Assembly (NCBI GenBank): GCA_043809245.1 | Contig: JAZDDZ010000008.1 | Span: forward strand, 1-64,000 | Reading direction: 5' to 3' | From: Candidatus Iainarchaeum sp. | GTDB taxonomy: Archaea; Iainarchaeota; Iainarchaeia; Iainarchaeales; JAZDDZ01 | Length of the DNA stretch: 64,000 nucleotides | Part shown: piece after piece, positions 37,580 through 47,613 of the stretch | Numbering within the stretch: position 1 is the stretch's first letter | How the letters are laid out: each line of letters opens with the position of its first letter | Program-made: the position numbers and the translations under genes | The notes under the pieces: model-generated | Seen by the model: only the letters and a program-made list of their open reading frames with translations | Told to the model about the DNA's origin: nothing | The model's database searches: none

Positions 37580-38911
37580 TCACACTTTCCCCATTTTCCT
37601 TTCCAGCAGTTCCGCGCAAATCTGCAAGGCGTCTCTCACATCGCTTAGCGGAGGGCAATAGGCCATTTCAATTTCCGCCAACTGTTTTGCAGTGAAGCCT
37701 GCCTTTATTGCCGCTGAAACAATGTTTATGCGGTGGAATGCGCCGAAGCCGAATGCCTGCGCCCCGATGATTTTTCCGCTTTTTTTGCCCGCAAGCAATT
37801 TGACCACAATCTCTTTTTCACCGTCGAACCATTCGGGCAGCGAGTGCATCCTTACACGTGATTCGACTGTTTCGATTCCCGATTCTCCCGCATATTTCAT
37901 TGTTAGCCCTGTTGCAGCAACCTCCAATTCCCCGATGGTTGTGGCAAACGTGCCAAGCGAACCCTCATATTTTTTGGTCCCGCCAACCGCATTAGCCCCT
38001 GCGACAAGCCCCTGCGCATAAGCGGTTGAGGCAATCTGAGGAGAGAAAGGCTTTCCGGAAACCGAATGCATTGCATCAGTTATATCCCCAATTGCAAAAA
38101 TCCCCTTTACATTTGTCTCCATTTTTTCGTCAACAATCAATCCGTTTGCGCCTTTTTTCAATCCAGCGGTTTCCGCGAGGGAATAATCGCATTTAACGCC
38201 AGTTGCCAGGACGACGATTTCTGCAGGAGTCTTTTTTCCGTTGACTGTTGCAATTGCTTTTTCGATTTTTTCAACCCTTGAATCAAGCAAAACCAGCACA
38301 CCAATTTTTTCCAGATGATGTTTTACCAGCTCTGCGAGGTCGGCGTCAATCGCATTCGGCAATAGCTGCCCGAGCATTTCAGCCAAGGAAACAGCAAGGC
38401 CTTTTTTTTGAAGCTGTGCGGTAACCTCCAATCCGATTGCACCGCCTCCCACAACCAATGCCGTTTTTTTTCCGGGAAGCGCTTTCATCAGGCGCTCCAA
38501 ATCATCAATTGAGTGGTGAAGGAAAACGCTTTTCCCCAGCAATTCCCTTGCCCCCTCGATTTTCGGAAGGAACGGCTTTCCGCCTGTCGAAAGAATAAGG
38601 GAATCAAATGGAATGGAAAATTTTTTTCCAGAACCAATCTCTTCAACTGACAATTCCTTTTTTTCCGCGTCAATCGACAGCGCCCTTGTTTTGTTAAGGA
38701 TTTTAACGTTTTTGGGAAATGAAAGCTTTTGCTTTAATTTTTCCGCGGGGCTTATTTCCCCTGAAATCGCGTAAGGCAGGCCGCACGAGTGAAGCAAATC
38801 GAATTCCTTTTCATCAACAATTGTTATTTCCGCTTTAGGGTCTGTTTTGCAGGCAGAAAGAACCGCTGCAAAACCCCCGCTTCCCAAACCAACTACAACC
38901 AGCTTTGTCAA
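37580..38911 (-). CDS. FAD-dependent NADH oxidase/CoA-disulfide reductase family protein
   Basis: GLGSGG, SCGLPY (single redox Cys), GGGAIG, FAIGD, AYCPP. Confidence 0.85.
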   Translation of the reverse strand: MTKLVVVGLGSGGFAAVLSACKTDPKAEITIVDEKEFDLLHSCGLPYAISGEISPAEKLKQKLSFPKNVKILNKTRALSIDAEKKELSVEEIGSGKKFSIPFDSLILSTGGKPFLPKIEGARELLGKSVFLHHSIDDLERLMKALPGKKTALVVGGGAIGLEVTAQLQKKGLAVSLAEMLGQLLPNAIDADLAELVKHHLEKIGVLVLLDSRVEKIEKAIATVNGKKTPAEIVVLATGVKCDYSLAETAGLKKGANGLIVDEKMETNVKGIFAIGDITDAMHSVSGKPFSPQIASTAYAQGLVAGANAVGGTKKYEGSLGTFATTIGELEVAATGLTMKYAGESGIETVESRVRMHSLPEWFDGEKEIVVKLLAGKKSGKIIGAQAFGFGAFHRINIVSAAIKAGFTAKQLAEIEMAYCPPLSDVRDALQICAELLERKMGKV

Positions 38912-38963
38912 AAAGGCACACTGAAAGAATTAGCAGCTAAAAAATTTTAAACCAGCGCCTTGG

Positions 38964-39737
38964 CTATTCCTCTATCCTGTTGAAGAAATAAATCGCTATT
39001 CCCATGAATGCAACAGTGAACGCAGTGACAACCGCAAGGGAAACCGCAAAATTGATGTGCGAGTTGCCCAAAAGAATGTATTGGAGGCCGCTTACGCCGT
39101 AAGTGAGGGGGTCAAGAAGCGAGGCAGTCCTCAAAAGCCCCGGCGCGGAATCAAGCGGGAATAATGCGCCGCTTAAAAAAAACATTGGCATCAGGATGAA
39201 ATTGACAATCAACTGGAAGCCATGCATGTCTTCAAGGACAGAGGCGATTGTTATGCCTAGCGAAACAAACATCAATGAAATCAGGAACATGAAGAACAGC
39301 AGCAGGAAAAAATTCACTATGTTCAGTTGTGCGCCCAAAAGCATTGCCGCACCCAGGATTATTATGCCCTGAACCACGGAAGTTGTTGCCCCACCCAATG
39401 CTTTTCCGAAAATGATTGAAAGCCTGCTAACCGGTGCGACAAGGGTTTCCTTCAAAAAGCCGAATTGCCTGTCCATTAAAACAATTATTCCTGAAAACAT
39501 TGAGCCAAACATCAAAACCATTCCAATAATGCCTGGAGTAATGAATTTCAGATAGTTTCCCTCCATGCCTGGGATATTAAACGCATTGCTTAAGCCAGTG
39601 CCGAGGATTGCAAGAAAAAAGAAAGGCATTCCAAGGCTTCCAATTACACGGCTTTTTGAGCGCGCAAAACGGATTATCTCCCTTTTCCACAGAGCATAAA
39701 CGCCTTCGATTTCGCGGTTCATTTTCTTCGCCCCCAT
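38964..39737 (-). CDS. ABC-2 type exporter permease
   Basis: DRQFGFLKETLVAP, PMFFLSGALFP, PLTY. Confidence 0.9.
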   Translation of the reverse strand: MGAKKMNREIEGVYALWKREIIRFARSKSRVIGSLGMPFFFLAILGTGLSNAFNIPGMEGNYLKFITPGIIGMVLMFGSMFSGIIVLMDRQFGFLKETLVAPVSRLSIIFGKALGGATTSVVQGIIILGAAMLLGAQLNIVNFFLLLFFMFLISLMFVSLGITIASVLEDMHGFQLIVNFILMPMFFLSGALFPLDSAPGLLRTASLLDPLTYGVSGLQYILLGNSHINFAVSLAVVTAFTVAFMGIAIYFFNRIEE

Positions 39738-40732
39738 GCATGCAGCCTCAAGCGCATTGCATCCTTTGGCTTTGCTTCCTCTTCCCTTATCGTCCTGCCA
39801 GTGTAATGCAAAAAGACGTCATCCAAAGAAGGCTTTCTTAAATTCACTGACTCCACTGCAACGCCGTTTTTTTCCATCAACTTCAAAAGCTGCGGAATCT
39901 TTTCCTCGCCTTTTTCAACCCTGACATCAAGCAGGCCGTCATGCGATTTAACCGCCTTAACCCATTTAAGGCTCGATAGGCTGTCAATGCATGCCTTGCC
40001 TGCGCTGCACTTGATTGAAATAATGTCACCGCCCAAAGAAGCCTTAAGGTTTTCCGCTGAATCCATTGCGATTATTTTCCCAGAATCAATTATGGCTATT
40101 TTATCGCAGACGCTATCGGCCTCATCCATGTAATGAGTGGTGAGAATAAGCGTGATTTTTTCTTTTTTGTTCAATTCTTTTATGTACTGCCAGATGTTTG
40201 CCCTTGTCTGCGGGTCCAGGCCGATTGTTGGCTCGTCCAAGAAAAGGATTTTTGGCCAGTGAAGCAGGCCCCTTGCAATTTCAAGCCTTCTTTTCATTCC
40301 GCCTGAAAAAGTCTTTACCTCGGATTTAATGTTTTTCTCCAAACCAACCAATTTCAAAAGCTCTTCAATTCGTTTCCTTCTTTCCTTTTTTTCAACAGAG
40401 TACATTGCGGCATGCATATCCATGTTTTCATAAGCTGTAAGTTCGTCGTCTAAGCTCGGGTCCTGGAAAACAATGCCAATGCTTTCCCTTACCTTGCCTG
40501 ACTGCCTTGCAATGTCAAAGCCATTCACTTTCGCGCTTCCGCTCGAGGGCTTTCGCATAGTGACAAGCATTGAAATCAGCGTGGTTTTTCCCGCGCCATT
40601 GGGGCCCAAAAGCCCGAAGATTGTGCCTTCCTCTATTGAAAGGGAAACGGAATCAACAGCCTTGAGGCCGCCGTAAGATTTGCTTAAATTATCTATTTCA
40701 ATCGCGTTCATGCGCAAAACCGCCTGTCTCAC
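39719..40732 (-). CDS. ABC exporter ATP-binding protein (DrrA-like)
   Basis: GPNGAGKT, FSGGMKRR, FLDEPT. Confidence 0.93.
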   Translation of the reverse strand: MRQAVLRMNAIEIDNLSKSYGGLKAVDSVSLSIEEGTIFGLLGPNGAGKTTLISMLVTMRKPSSGSAKVNGFDIARQSGKVRESIGIVFQDPSLDDELTAYENMDMHAAMYSVEKKERRKRIEELLKLVGLEKNIKSEVKTFSGGMKRRLEIARGLLHWPKILFLDEPTIGLDPQTRANIWQYIKELNKKEKITLILTTHYMDEADSVCDKIAIIDSGKIIAMDSAENLKASLGGDIISIKCSAGKACIDSLSSLKWVKAVKSHDGLLDVRVEKGEEKIPQLLKLMEKNGVAVESVNLRKPSLDDVFLHYTGRTIREEEAKPKDAMRLRLHAWGRRK

Positions 40733-40965
40733 TTGCCTTTTTCAACAAGCCCTAAAAGCTTTGAGGCAAATTTGTGTATTGCATCTGCTTTCACAATCAT
40801 CAGGCCGTGGCCGCCTTTTCCGAAGACAAGCATTTTTTCCCCTGCCTTTATCTTGAAGTGCTTCCTTGCCTCGGTTGGAATGACAATCTGGCCGCGCTCC
40901 CCGACCTTAACGGTGCCGTAAAACTTTTTGTGATGGTGTTCGTGCATAACAAAGCGCTGTGCCAA
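40729..40965 (-). CDS. AbrB-family regulator
   Basis: VKVGERGQIVIP. Confidence 0.88.
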   Translation of the reverse strand: MAQRFVMHEHHHKKFYGTVKVGERGQIVIPTEARKHFKIKAGEKMLVFGKGGHGLMIVKADAIHKFASKLLGLVEKGK

Positions 40966-41009
40966 AACATTTAAATATGAATTGTATGAAAAGAATGAAT
41001 TGTGGAAGA

Positions 41010-41921
41010 TCAGAATTTGACTATTTCCCTGAATTCACCGAACCGTTTCTCCACGTCCCCAAGAGTTATTTGCTTCAGCCTGTCAAGGGAAAAGCCCTCC
41101 GCGTTGAACGAAGCGACAGCCGAAGCGGTAACTATGGCTTTCCTTAAATTTGCCTCTGACAAGTCGCCTGTTTTCGCGAGGTAGCCGAGGAAAGAGCCGG
41201 CGAATGAATCACCCGCGCCTGTGGGATCCAATACGTTTTCTAGCGGATAGCCTGGGGCGGAAAAATTTGAATTTTTGGTGAACATCACGCAGCCGTGCTC
41301 GCCTTTTTTGATGATCGCGTATTTTGAGTTCAATTTCATTATTTCCCTCGCGGCCTTTAAAATGCTTGGCGTGTTGAAAAGCATTCTTGCCTCCGAATCA
41401 TTCATCAGTGCAATGTCTGCTTCGCGCGCAACTTCCAAAACCTTTGCCTTGTCCTTTTCAATCCAATAGTTCATTGTGTCCGCAACCACGAGCTTTGGCT
41501 TTTTCTTCATCTGGCGAAGGACGTCAAGCTGCAGGGAAGGCGCAATGTTGCCGAGGAAAAGGTATTTTGCGTTCCTGTATTCTTCCGGAAGCTCCGGCTT
41601 GAATTTTTCAAAGACATTTAGTTCGGTTTTCACAGTATGCGCCTGGTTCAAGTCAAAGCCGTAATAGCCCTCCCAGAAAAAAGTTTTCCCTTCAACAATT
41701 GAAAGGCCCTCCAAATCAATGCCTTTCTTTCTGAACAGTTCAATGTGCTCTTTTGGAAAATCCTTTCCGACAACGCCAACAATTCCTGGCTTTGCAAACA
41801 GTGAAGCCGCAACAGAGGCAAACGAGGCAGAGCCCCCCAAAGCCCTTTTTACTTCGCCAAAAGGAGTTTTAATTGAATCAAGCGCAACCGAGCCAACGAC
41901 AACCAATTCAACTGCAGCCAT
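41010..41921 (-). CDS. PfkB-family sugar/nucleoside kinase
   Basis: LGGSA, DPTGAGDSFAG. Confidence 0.9.
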   Translation of the reverse strand: MAAVELVVVGSVALDSIKTPFGEVKRALGGSASFASVAASLFAKPGIVGVVGKDFPKEHIELFRKKGIDLEGLSIVEGKTFFWEGYYGFDLNQAHTVKTELNVFEKFKPELPEEYRNAKYLFLGNIAPSLQLDVLRQMKKKPKLVVADTMNYWIEKDKAKVLEVAREADIALMNDSEARMLFNTPSILKAAREIMKLNSKYAIIKKGEHGCVMFTKNSNFSAPGYPLENVLDPTGAGDSFAGSFLGYLAKTGDLSEANLRKAIVTASAVASFNAEGFSLDRLKQITLGDVEKRFGEFREIVKF

Positions 41922-41977
41922 AGCAAAGAAGTCTTTTTCAGAAACAAATATTAAGTGTTTGCCTGCAGTTATTTTTT

Positions 41978-42469
41978 ATGGAGCTGTTCGCAAATTTGTT
42001 CGGCAACGGGGTAAAATGGACATGGAAATCCATGCTCATGCTCGGCTTTCTCGCGGTCTTTCCAAACCTTTTGGGCTTGATTTCAGTTCCAACTGGATTG
42101 GGCTTCAACTTTCACGTTTTCCAAATACTTATCTTCACTGCAGCCCTCATCTACGGCCCGTTCGGCGGCGCAGTGAGCGGATTGTTCGGTTCGCTTTATT
42201 CCGCCGCCGTGCTTAACAACCCGTACATTATTTTCGGGAACATTTTGCTCGGCTTTTTCTTCGGCGTATTCGCGAAAAAAACAAACCCTGTTTTCGCGGT
42301 GCTCGGCGCTTTTGCAATTCAGCTCCCTTGGCTTTGGGTTACGGACATTTACTTCGCGCACATGCCAACTGCGGCGGTGCAGCTTGTAGTGGTTTCATTG
42401 CTTGCCAGCAACATTCTGTGGGCTTTTTTAGCCGTGAAAAGCTATAAAAAAGTGAAAGCACTAATTTAA
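41978..42469 (+). CDS. ECF transporter S-component-like membrane protein
   Basis: AALIYGPFGGAVSG, multiple TM helices. Confidence 0.7.
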   Translation: MELFANLFGNGVKWTWKSMLMLGFLAVFPNLLGLISVPTGLGFNFHVFQILIFTAALIYGPFGGAVSGLFGSLYSAAVLNNPYIIFGNILLGFFFGVFAKKTNPVFAVLGAFAIQLPWLWVTDIYFAHMPTAAVQLVVVSLLASNILWAFLAVKSYKKVKALI

Positions 42470-42471
42470 TT

Positions 42472-43221
42472 ATGCAAAAGAAACAGGTAAGCCTGTACAG
42501 GTTAAGCCCCGACAACTATGATGCAATGATGTCAACCGAGCTTGAGAAAAATATTTTCGGCGCGGTCGCAGATGAAATCAAAAGCTGCCTAACAAGCGGG
42601 AAAAATACTGTACTTGATTTATGCTGTGGAACGGGAATAGTTGCAGAGTTGCTTCTTGATGAGCCAAACATAAGGTTTATCGGCGTTGACATTAACCGTA
42701 CTTTTCTTGAAAGCGCCAAAAAGAAAATTAAAGGAAAGCGCAACTTTGAATTCATGCAAAAGGATGCGCGTTTTTACATGAGCCCTCTTAAGTTTGATGT
42801 TGTCGTGCTGACCTCAGCCTACCACCACATTGAGAATCCCCATAAACTTGTGCTTCTGAAAAAAATTTATGAAATGCTTAACGGTGATGGCACTCTTGTT
42901 ATTTACGAGAAACTCATAAGCAAATACGCCAATGAAGATGAATTCGCAAAAAGCAACGAGGAATTTTACCTGAAAAGAATTGAATACCTAAAGCGAACAG
43001 AACGCAAGACGCTGGGCAAAAAAGCGCTTGACGCGCTGATGAATGTATGCGCGCTTTCAGCTTCAGCTGAAGAGGAATTCAAGGTAGATTATGGTTACCT
43101 TGTGGAAGATTTGGATAAAGCCGGCTTTGAAACAGTCAAAGAAACAAAAATCTGGCCAGAAGAAGACATTTTTCACGATGAAAAAACCGGGGACTTTGTT
43201 TTTGTGGCTAAGAAAAAATAG
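42472..43221 (+). CDS. Class I SAM-dependent methyltransferase
   Basis: VLDLCCGTG, GVDIN, AYHHI. Confidence 0.85.
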   Translation: MQKKQVSLYRLSPDNYDAMMSTELEKNIFGAVADEIKSCLTSGKNTVLDLCCGTGIVAELLLDEPNIRFIGVDINRTFLESAKKKIKGKRNFEFMQKDARFYMSPLKFDVVVLTSAYHHIENPHKLVLLKKIYEMLNGDGTLVIYEKLISKYANEDEFAKSNEEFYLKRIEYLKRTERKTLGKKALDALMNVCALSASAEEEFKVDYGYLVEDLDKAGFETVKETKIWPEEDIFHDEKTGDFVFVAKKK

Positions 43222-43223
43222 CC

Positions 43224-43550
43224 TCAGAAGTTTTTCATTATTCTTTCTTTAAGCGAATTAAATAAGCTGTCCGAAATCGTTCCAATCTCCTTTAAGATCA
43301 AATCTTTTTCTATTGCTGTCACACCATCCGCCCTTACAAAACTTTTCTCTTTTAGGTCCCCTGAAAAATTTCCCACAGTCAATTCCAATTCATATTCATG
43401 CAAAGTGCTTTTTGATGTAATAGGGCACGCCAGAAGATAGGCGTGGATGCTGTTGAATTTCTCATTTGAAACAATAACTGCTGGGCGAATTTTATAATCA
43501 ACAAGGTTAGTGTAAGGAAAACGAGCCAGTACTATATCCTTCTGGTTCAT
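43224..43550 (-). CDS. mazF: PemK/MazF-family toxin
   Basis: FPYTN...KIRPAVIVSN, CPITS. Confidence 0.88.
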   Translation of the reverse strand: MNQKDIVLARFPYTNLVDYKIRPAVIVSNEKFNSIHAYLLACPITSKSTLHEYELELTVGNFSGDLKEKSFVRADGVTAIEKDLILKEIGTISDSLFNSLKERIMKNF

Positions 43551-43561
43551 TTAAAAATCAC

Positions 43562-43822
43562 CTATAGGTAACTTTCCCACAAGCCTTCAGGTTCATTTTC
43601 CCATATTTTATTCAAGGTTTTAATGGATGCCCTGAGCCAAACTTTCATTTCAGGATCGTTAAGAGACTCAATTACTGCTTTTTGTTTTTTAATGACCAAT
43701 TCATTTCCGTTCTCAAAAACAACCAGGGTTTCGCCTTCCTTTAGTTCAAGGTCTTTCCTAAATTCTTGGGGTATAACAAACTGCCCTCTAGAACCCAATT
43801 GCACAGTTTTCAGCTTGTTCAT
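43562..43822 (-). CDS. AbrB/MazE antitoxin
   Basis: LGSRGQFVIPQEFRKDL. Confidence 0.85.
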   Translation of the reverse strand: MNKLKTVQLGSRGQFVIPQEFRKDLELKEGETLVVFENGNELVIKKQKAVIESLNDPEMKVWLRASIKTLNKIWENEPEGLWESYL

Positions 43823-43827
43823 ACTAA

Positions 43828-43841
43828 TCTGATTAATCAGA
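43828..43841. promoter_or_regulatory. Perfect 14-bp palindrome, probable TA operator
   Basis: TCTGATTAATCAGA directly upstream of the antitoxin start. Confidence 0.65.
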
Positions 43842-43854
43842 ATTGAATAAAAAC

Positions 43855-44508
43855 CTATCTTTTTCGTAATAGTGACTCTATTTCCGCAAACATTTCTTTC
43901 AACGGCTTTCCGCCTTCAATCCTTGTAAATTCCTTTTTTTCCATATAATAATCAATCAGCGGCTCGGTCTGCTTTCTGTAGGTTTCAAGCCTTTTCCTGA
44001 CAACCTCTTCTCTGTCATCGGGTCTCTGCATTAGCTTTCCACCGCATGCATCGCAGACGCCTTCTTTTTTAGGAGGCAAGTCCAAGCCGTAAATTTTTTT
44101 GCAGTCAGGGCACTGCCTTCGCGCGCTCAGCCTGCGGACAATTTCTTCCTCTGATGTTTCAACATCCAAAATCAGCCCGATTTTCGCATTAAGCCTTGCA
44201 AGCATCTGCTCCAAAAGCCGCGCCTGATTGAGCGTGCGCGGATAACCGTCAAGGACGAATCCTTTCGCAAGGTTTTTATTCAAATTTTTCTCCAAAATCT
44301 CCGAAAGAAGCTCATCCGGCACGAGCGCGCCTGACTTCATTATCGGCTCCGCCTTCTTGCCTAGTTCTGTTCCGTGCTTGACTTCCTCGCGCAGCAAGTC
44401 GCCTGTGCTGATCTGCTTGAAGCCGAATTTTTGCTCAATGAACTGCGCGATTGTTCCCTTTCCGGTTCCAGGCGGGCCGAGAAGAATTATGTTCATCTGT
44501 TTTTTCAC
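43855..44508 (-). CDS. adk: Adenylate kinase with Zn lid
   Basis: GPPGTGKGT, STGDLLR, DGYPR, CPDC...CDAC. Confidence 0.96.
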   Translation of the reverse strand: MKKQMNIILLGPPGTGKGTIAQFIEQKFGFKQISTGDLLREEVKHGTELGKKAEPIMKSGALVPDELLSEILEKNLNKNLAKGFVLDGYPRTLNQARLLEQMLARLNAKIGLILDVETSEEEIVRRLSARRQCPDCKKIYGLDLPPKKEGVCDACGGKLMQRPDDREEVVRKRLETYRKQTEPLIDYYMEKKEFTRIEGGKPLKEMFAEIESLLRKR

Positions 44509-44539
44509 TGAATGATTTTCTGCAATAACTTAATTTAAA

Positions 44540-45124
44540 TCAACCGCCACTTGAATGAGAGACAAAGCCGCGAATGTATTCCAGCAGCTTTTCTTCAAAC
44601 GCCTTTTTCCGCGAAAGAAAAGCGAGGTATTCCACTTTGTTTTCCATCATTTCCTGCAGTGAACGCGAATAAAACGCCTTCTGCTGTTCCCTACCCCTTT
44701 TTATAATTCCTTCAACATAGCCCTTGATTGCCTGCCTCAGCCCTGAAACGTCTGCCTCTGTCCTAAGGCGGGGGAATTTTTTTATAAGCATTTTGTGGAA
44801 CTTTGGGTCTAATTCACTGAAAGCCCTCTGCTGCAGTTTATAGTAATCCGAAAAAAGCTGGAAAGCCTCTTTTCTGTATTTCCTGTACATGGCCTCATTT
44901 CCAGTGAAAAAGACCCTGTAAAGCTGCTCTTGGGGCGAAAAAAATTTCAGTATGCTGTTCAAATGAAAGCCCCCGGTATTCCCCGAGCCAAATTGTTTAA
45001 TGCATTTCTCAACCAATGCGATGTCAGAGCCAAGCTCCCCTATCCTGCGCTTTAATGCATTCTGAATCCTTGGAACCCTTGTTCTGGCCTTCATCCTTAA
45101 CCGTGGTTTTTTTGATGGCATCAA
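44540..45124 (-). CDS. Orphan basic helical protein
   Basis: Long ORF coupled to the upstream gene; no recognised motif. Confidence 0.6.
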   Translation of the reverse strand: MMPSKKPRLRMKARTRVPRIQNALKRRIGELGSDIALVEKCIKQFGSGNTGGFHLNSILKFFSPQEQLYRVFFTGNEAMYRKYRKEAFQLFSDYYKLQQRAFSELDPKFHKMLIKKFPRLRTEADVSGLRQAIKGYVEGIIKRGREQQKAFYSRSLQEMMENKVEYLAFLSRKKAFEEKLLEYIRGFVSHSSGG

Positions 45125-45125
45125 A

Positions 45126-45980
45126 TCACTTAACCAAAAAATCCACCACTATCTGCATTTTGGATGCGGAAAAATCCCTGACGCGCTGCATTTGCAGCAC
45201 GCGAATCTCCTTGTGGAGTTTTTTCGCTGTATTCCTTATAGCCCGCAAAGGCTTTTCAAATGAATCCCTTTTCTCGACGATTTCGTAAAAGTGGATTATT
45301 CCGCCAGACGGCTTTAGGCACATAAACGCTTCTTTAAGGAAATCTTCTCCTGTGTGCGGCAAAGGCATTACAACCCTGTCACACAAACCATTCAGTTTTT
45401 TTGGAACCACTTTTTTAACGTCGCCCTTAATTACGGCAATTTTTTCCTGTGCCTTGTTCAATGCAATGTTTTTCTTCAGCCACTTGAACGCGGAAGGGTT
45501 AAGCTCCACTGCATAAGCCAATGCCATTGGAGAATTTTTTGCAAAAACAATAGGATAGGGGCCAACGCCGGCAAATAACGCACCTATAACTTCACCTGGC
45601 TTTATTTGCTTGGCAATCCTGAGCCTCTCCGAGCTCAGGCGCGGTGAAAAGAAAACCTTTGAAGCGTCAAATTCAAAAGCGCAGCCGCTTTCCCTGTAAT
45701 GCGCTAAAAAGCTTTTTTTCCCGCCAATCACTTTCAATGGCTGCACACGGTATTTTCCCTTCCTTCCTGAAAGCTTCCTGCAGACTGTTTTGAAGGCGGA
45801 ATTCACTTCCATTAAAGCCTTGGCAATTTTCCTCTCTTTTTTCGCGAGCTTTTTGGGAATCTCTATTACGGCAATGTTGCCCAAAGAATCATAAGATGTC
45901 TGCAGTTCCGCCAATTCCTTTTCCGTCAAAACGCCTGAAAGCGCTTCCCTTAGGGAACGCGGCTTTTTCTTCTTTTGCAT
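45126..45980 (-). CDS. Trm5/Met-10+/TYW2-like tRNA methyltransferase
   Basis: KVFFSPRLSSER, FAGVGPY, ELNP, DRVVMPLP. Confidence 0.88.
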   Translation of the reverse strand: MQKKKKPRSLREALSGVLTEKELAELQTSYDSLGNIAVIEIPKKLAKKERKIAKALMEVNSAFKTVCRKLSGRKGKYRVQPLKVIGGKKSFLAHYRESGCAFEFDASKVFFSPRLSSERLRIAKQIKPGEVIGALFAGVGPYPIVFAKNSPMALAYAVELNPSAFKWLKKNIALNKAQEKIAVIKGDVKKVVPKKLNGLCDRVVMPLPHTGEDFLKEAFMCLKPSGGIIHFYEIVEKRDSFEKPLRAIRNTAKKLHKEIRVLQMQRVRDFSASKMQIVVDFLVK

Positions 45981-46042
45981 AAAACCAATAATATTTAATT
46001 GCTTGTTTCATTAAAATAGGTTATTGTTTAGGGGATAAAAAA

Positions 46043-46882
46043 ATGCTTGAAGCCATAGGCGAATTCGTGCAGAAATATTTTGTGGAAAGCATAACCCAAT
46101 ACCAGGGCTATAACCTCGTGAACACGCTTGTTTACATCGCAATTCTTTTGGCTGTGTCCTTTTTCATCATCTACCCCCTGTTGGCTAAAAGAGGCGTTAA
46201 ATTCAATTTGAAATTCATGTTAGCGGTTTTTCCCTACATTGTTTTCGGATCAACAATCAGAATTTTGGAGGACCTGCGCATTTTTGCGCGATCAGCAAAC
46301 CCATTTGAGCCGGGCTTTTACTCTGTTTCACCGGGAATTTATATTGCCGTTGGATTGCTGGCTGTTTTCTGCCTTCTGCTTTCACTTTTTTTGGCTAAAA
46401 AGCTGAACAAGGATTACTTAAAAATTTTTGGAATTATCGGCTGGGTTTTGGCCATCCCAATAGTGATTTTTGATTTGGCGAAATTCATTGAACCAATGCA
46501 GTTCATTGGAATAATCGCGCTCACAGCAGCGCTGACAGGCATTGCATACTTCATTGGCAAGGCGTTCAGGAAAGACTTTTTCGCGGATTTGCTTGGGATT
46601 TTCCCGATTGCAGGGCAGGCACTGGATGGAAGCGCAACATTTTTTGCTGTCGGGCTATCAAACTGCGGTGAACAGCACGTTGCAAGCAACATTATCCTAA
46701 ACATTCACCCCCTGCTTTTCCCGATTGTAAAAGTCGCTTTGGCGCTTGCAATCGTTTACTTCGTTAAAGCGGAGATTAAGAACGAGAACCTGCGCGGCTT
46801 TGCACTGGTGTTCATCGCAATAATGGGCTTTGCCCCGGGAATAAGGGACGTGTTCACAGTGGCGGTGGGGACATGCCTTTGA
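46043..46882 (+). CDS. DUF63-like archaeal membrane protein
   Basis: GYNLVNTLVY, RILED, LDGSAT, EQHV, GFAPGIRD. Confidence 0.8.
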   Translation: MLEAIGEFVQKYFVESITQYQGYNLVNTLVYIAILLAVSFFIIYPLLAKRGVKFNLKFMLAVFPYIVFGSTIRILEDLRIFARSANPFEPGFYSVSPGIYIAVGLLAVFCLLLSLFLAKKLNKDYLKIFGIIGWVLAIPIVIFDLAKFIEPMQFIGIIALTAALTGIAYFIGKAFRKDFFADLLGIFPIAGQALDGSATFFAVGLSNCGEQHVASNIILNIHPLLFPIVKVALALAIVYFVKAEIKNENLRGFALVFIAIMGFAPGIRDVFTVAVGTCL

Positions 46883-47358
46883 AAAAATGGCTTGACTTTT
46901 TCAGGGGAAAAAAAAACCCCAAAATTCCGCCCAGTGAACAGGGGGCACATTCAACCGAAAGATTCAACTGGGAGCCATTTTTCAAGGAAGACCCCGAATT
47001 CCGCATCTCCGAGCACCATAATCCAAATGGCAGGGCAAGGGGGTCGCATGAAAAGCATTACCGCCAACTTCCCCAGAGAATAATTGACCGCACGGTCAAA
47101 GAGAGAGTTTTAAAGGAAATTGGAGAAGAAGATTTTCCAATCAAACTAAATCCCGCGCAGAAAGAAAGGCTTGTTGCAGGCCTTCAGAAAACAGTCCAAA
47201 CAGCAGGCTATCTTGATAGGCTTAACCCCAAAATTATTCAGATAATTGCAAAAAGTGTTGCGAAAACCCATAAGGAAGCGCAGACAAGGCCGGACCAGTT
47301 CTGCGAGGAACTGCTTTTCTTTGTTGAGAACGGAAGGTTCAAGCCCAAGGAGGAGTGA
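46873..47358 (+). CDS. Orphan protein
   Basis: Operonic overlap with neighbours; basic Pro-rich N-terminus. Confidence 0.6.
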   Translation: MPLKKWLDFFRGKKNPKIPPSEQGAHSTERFNWEPFFKEDPEFRISEHHNPNGRARGSHEKHYRQLPQRIIDRTVKERVLKEIGEEDFPIKLNPAQKERLVAGLQKTVQTAGYLDRLNPKIIQIIAKSVAKTHKEAQTRPDQFCEELLFFVENGRFKPKEE

Positions 47359-47603
47359 AAAAAATGCCAAGGTCGCGTGCAGGTGTTGAATCAAAAACAG
47401 CAAAAGAAATGATGAAGAGAATAATTTCACACCCAGCCCTAAAAGAAAAGCCGGAACTAAAAAAACATTTTAAAAGGTATATGGCTTCAATAAAAGCTGC
47501 AAATGAGCAGTATGAAAAAGGAGAGCTTAATTTGGACGAGTATAATTATTGGCGCAGAAAAAGTTTAGAGGAAATGAAGAAATTCTTTGATGCTTTGTTG
47601 TGA
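47355..47603 (+). CDS. Orphan small basic protein
   Basis: GGAGTG RBS; operonic. Confidence 0.55.
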   Translation: MKKMPRSRAGVESKTAKEMMKRIISHPALKEKPELKKHFKRYMASIKAANEQYEKGELNLDEYNYWRRKSLEEMKKFFDALL

Positions 47604-47613
47604 AGGTGAAAAA

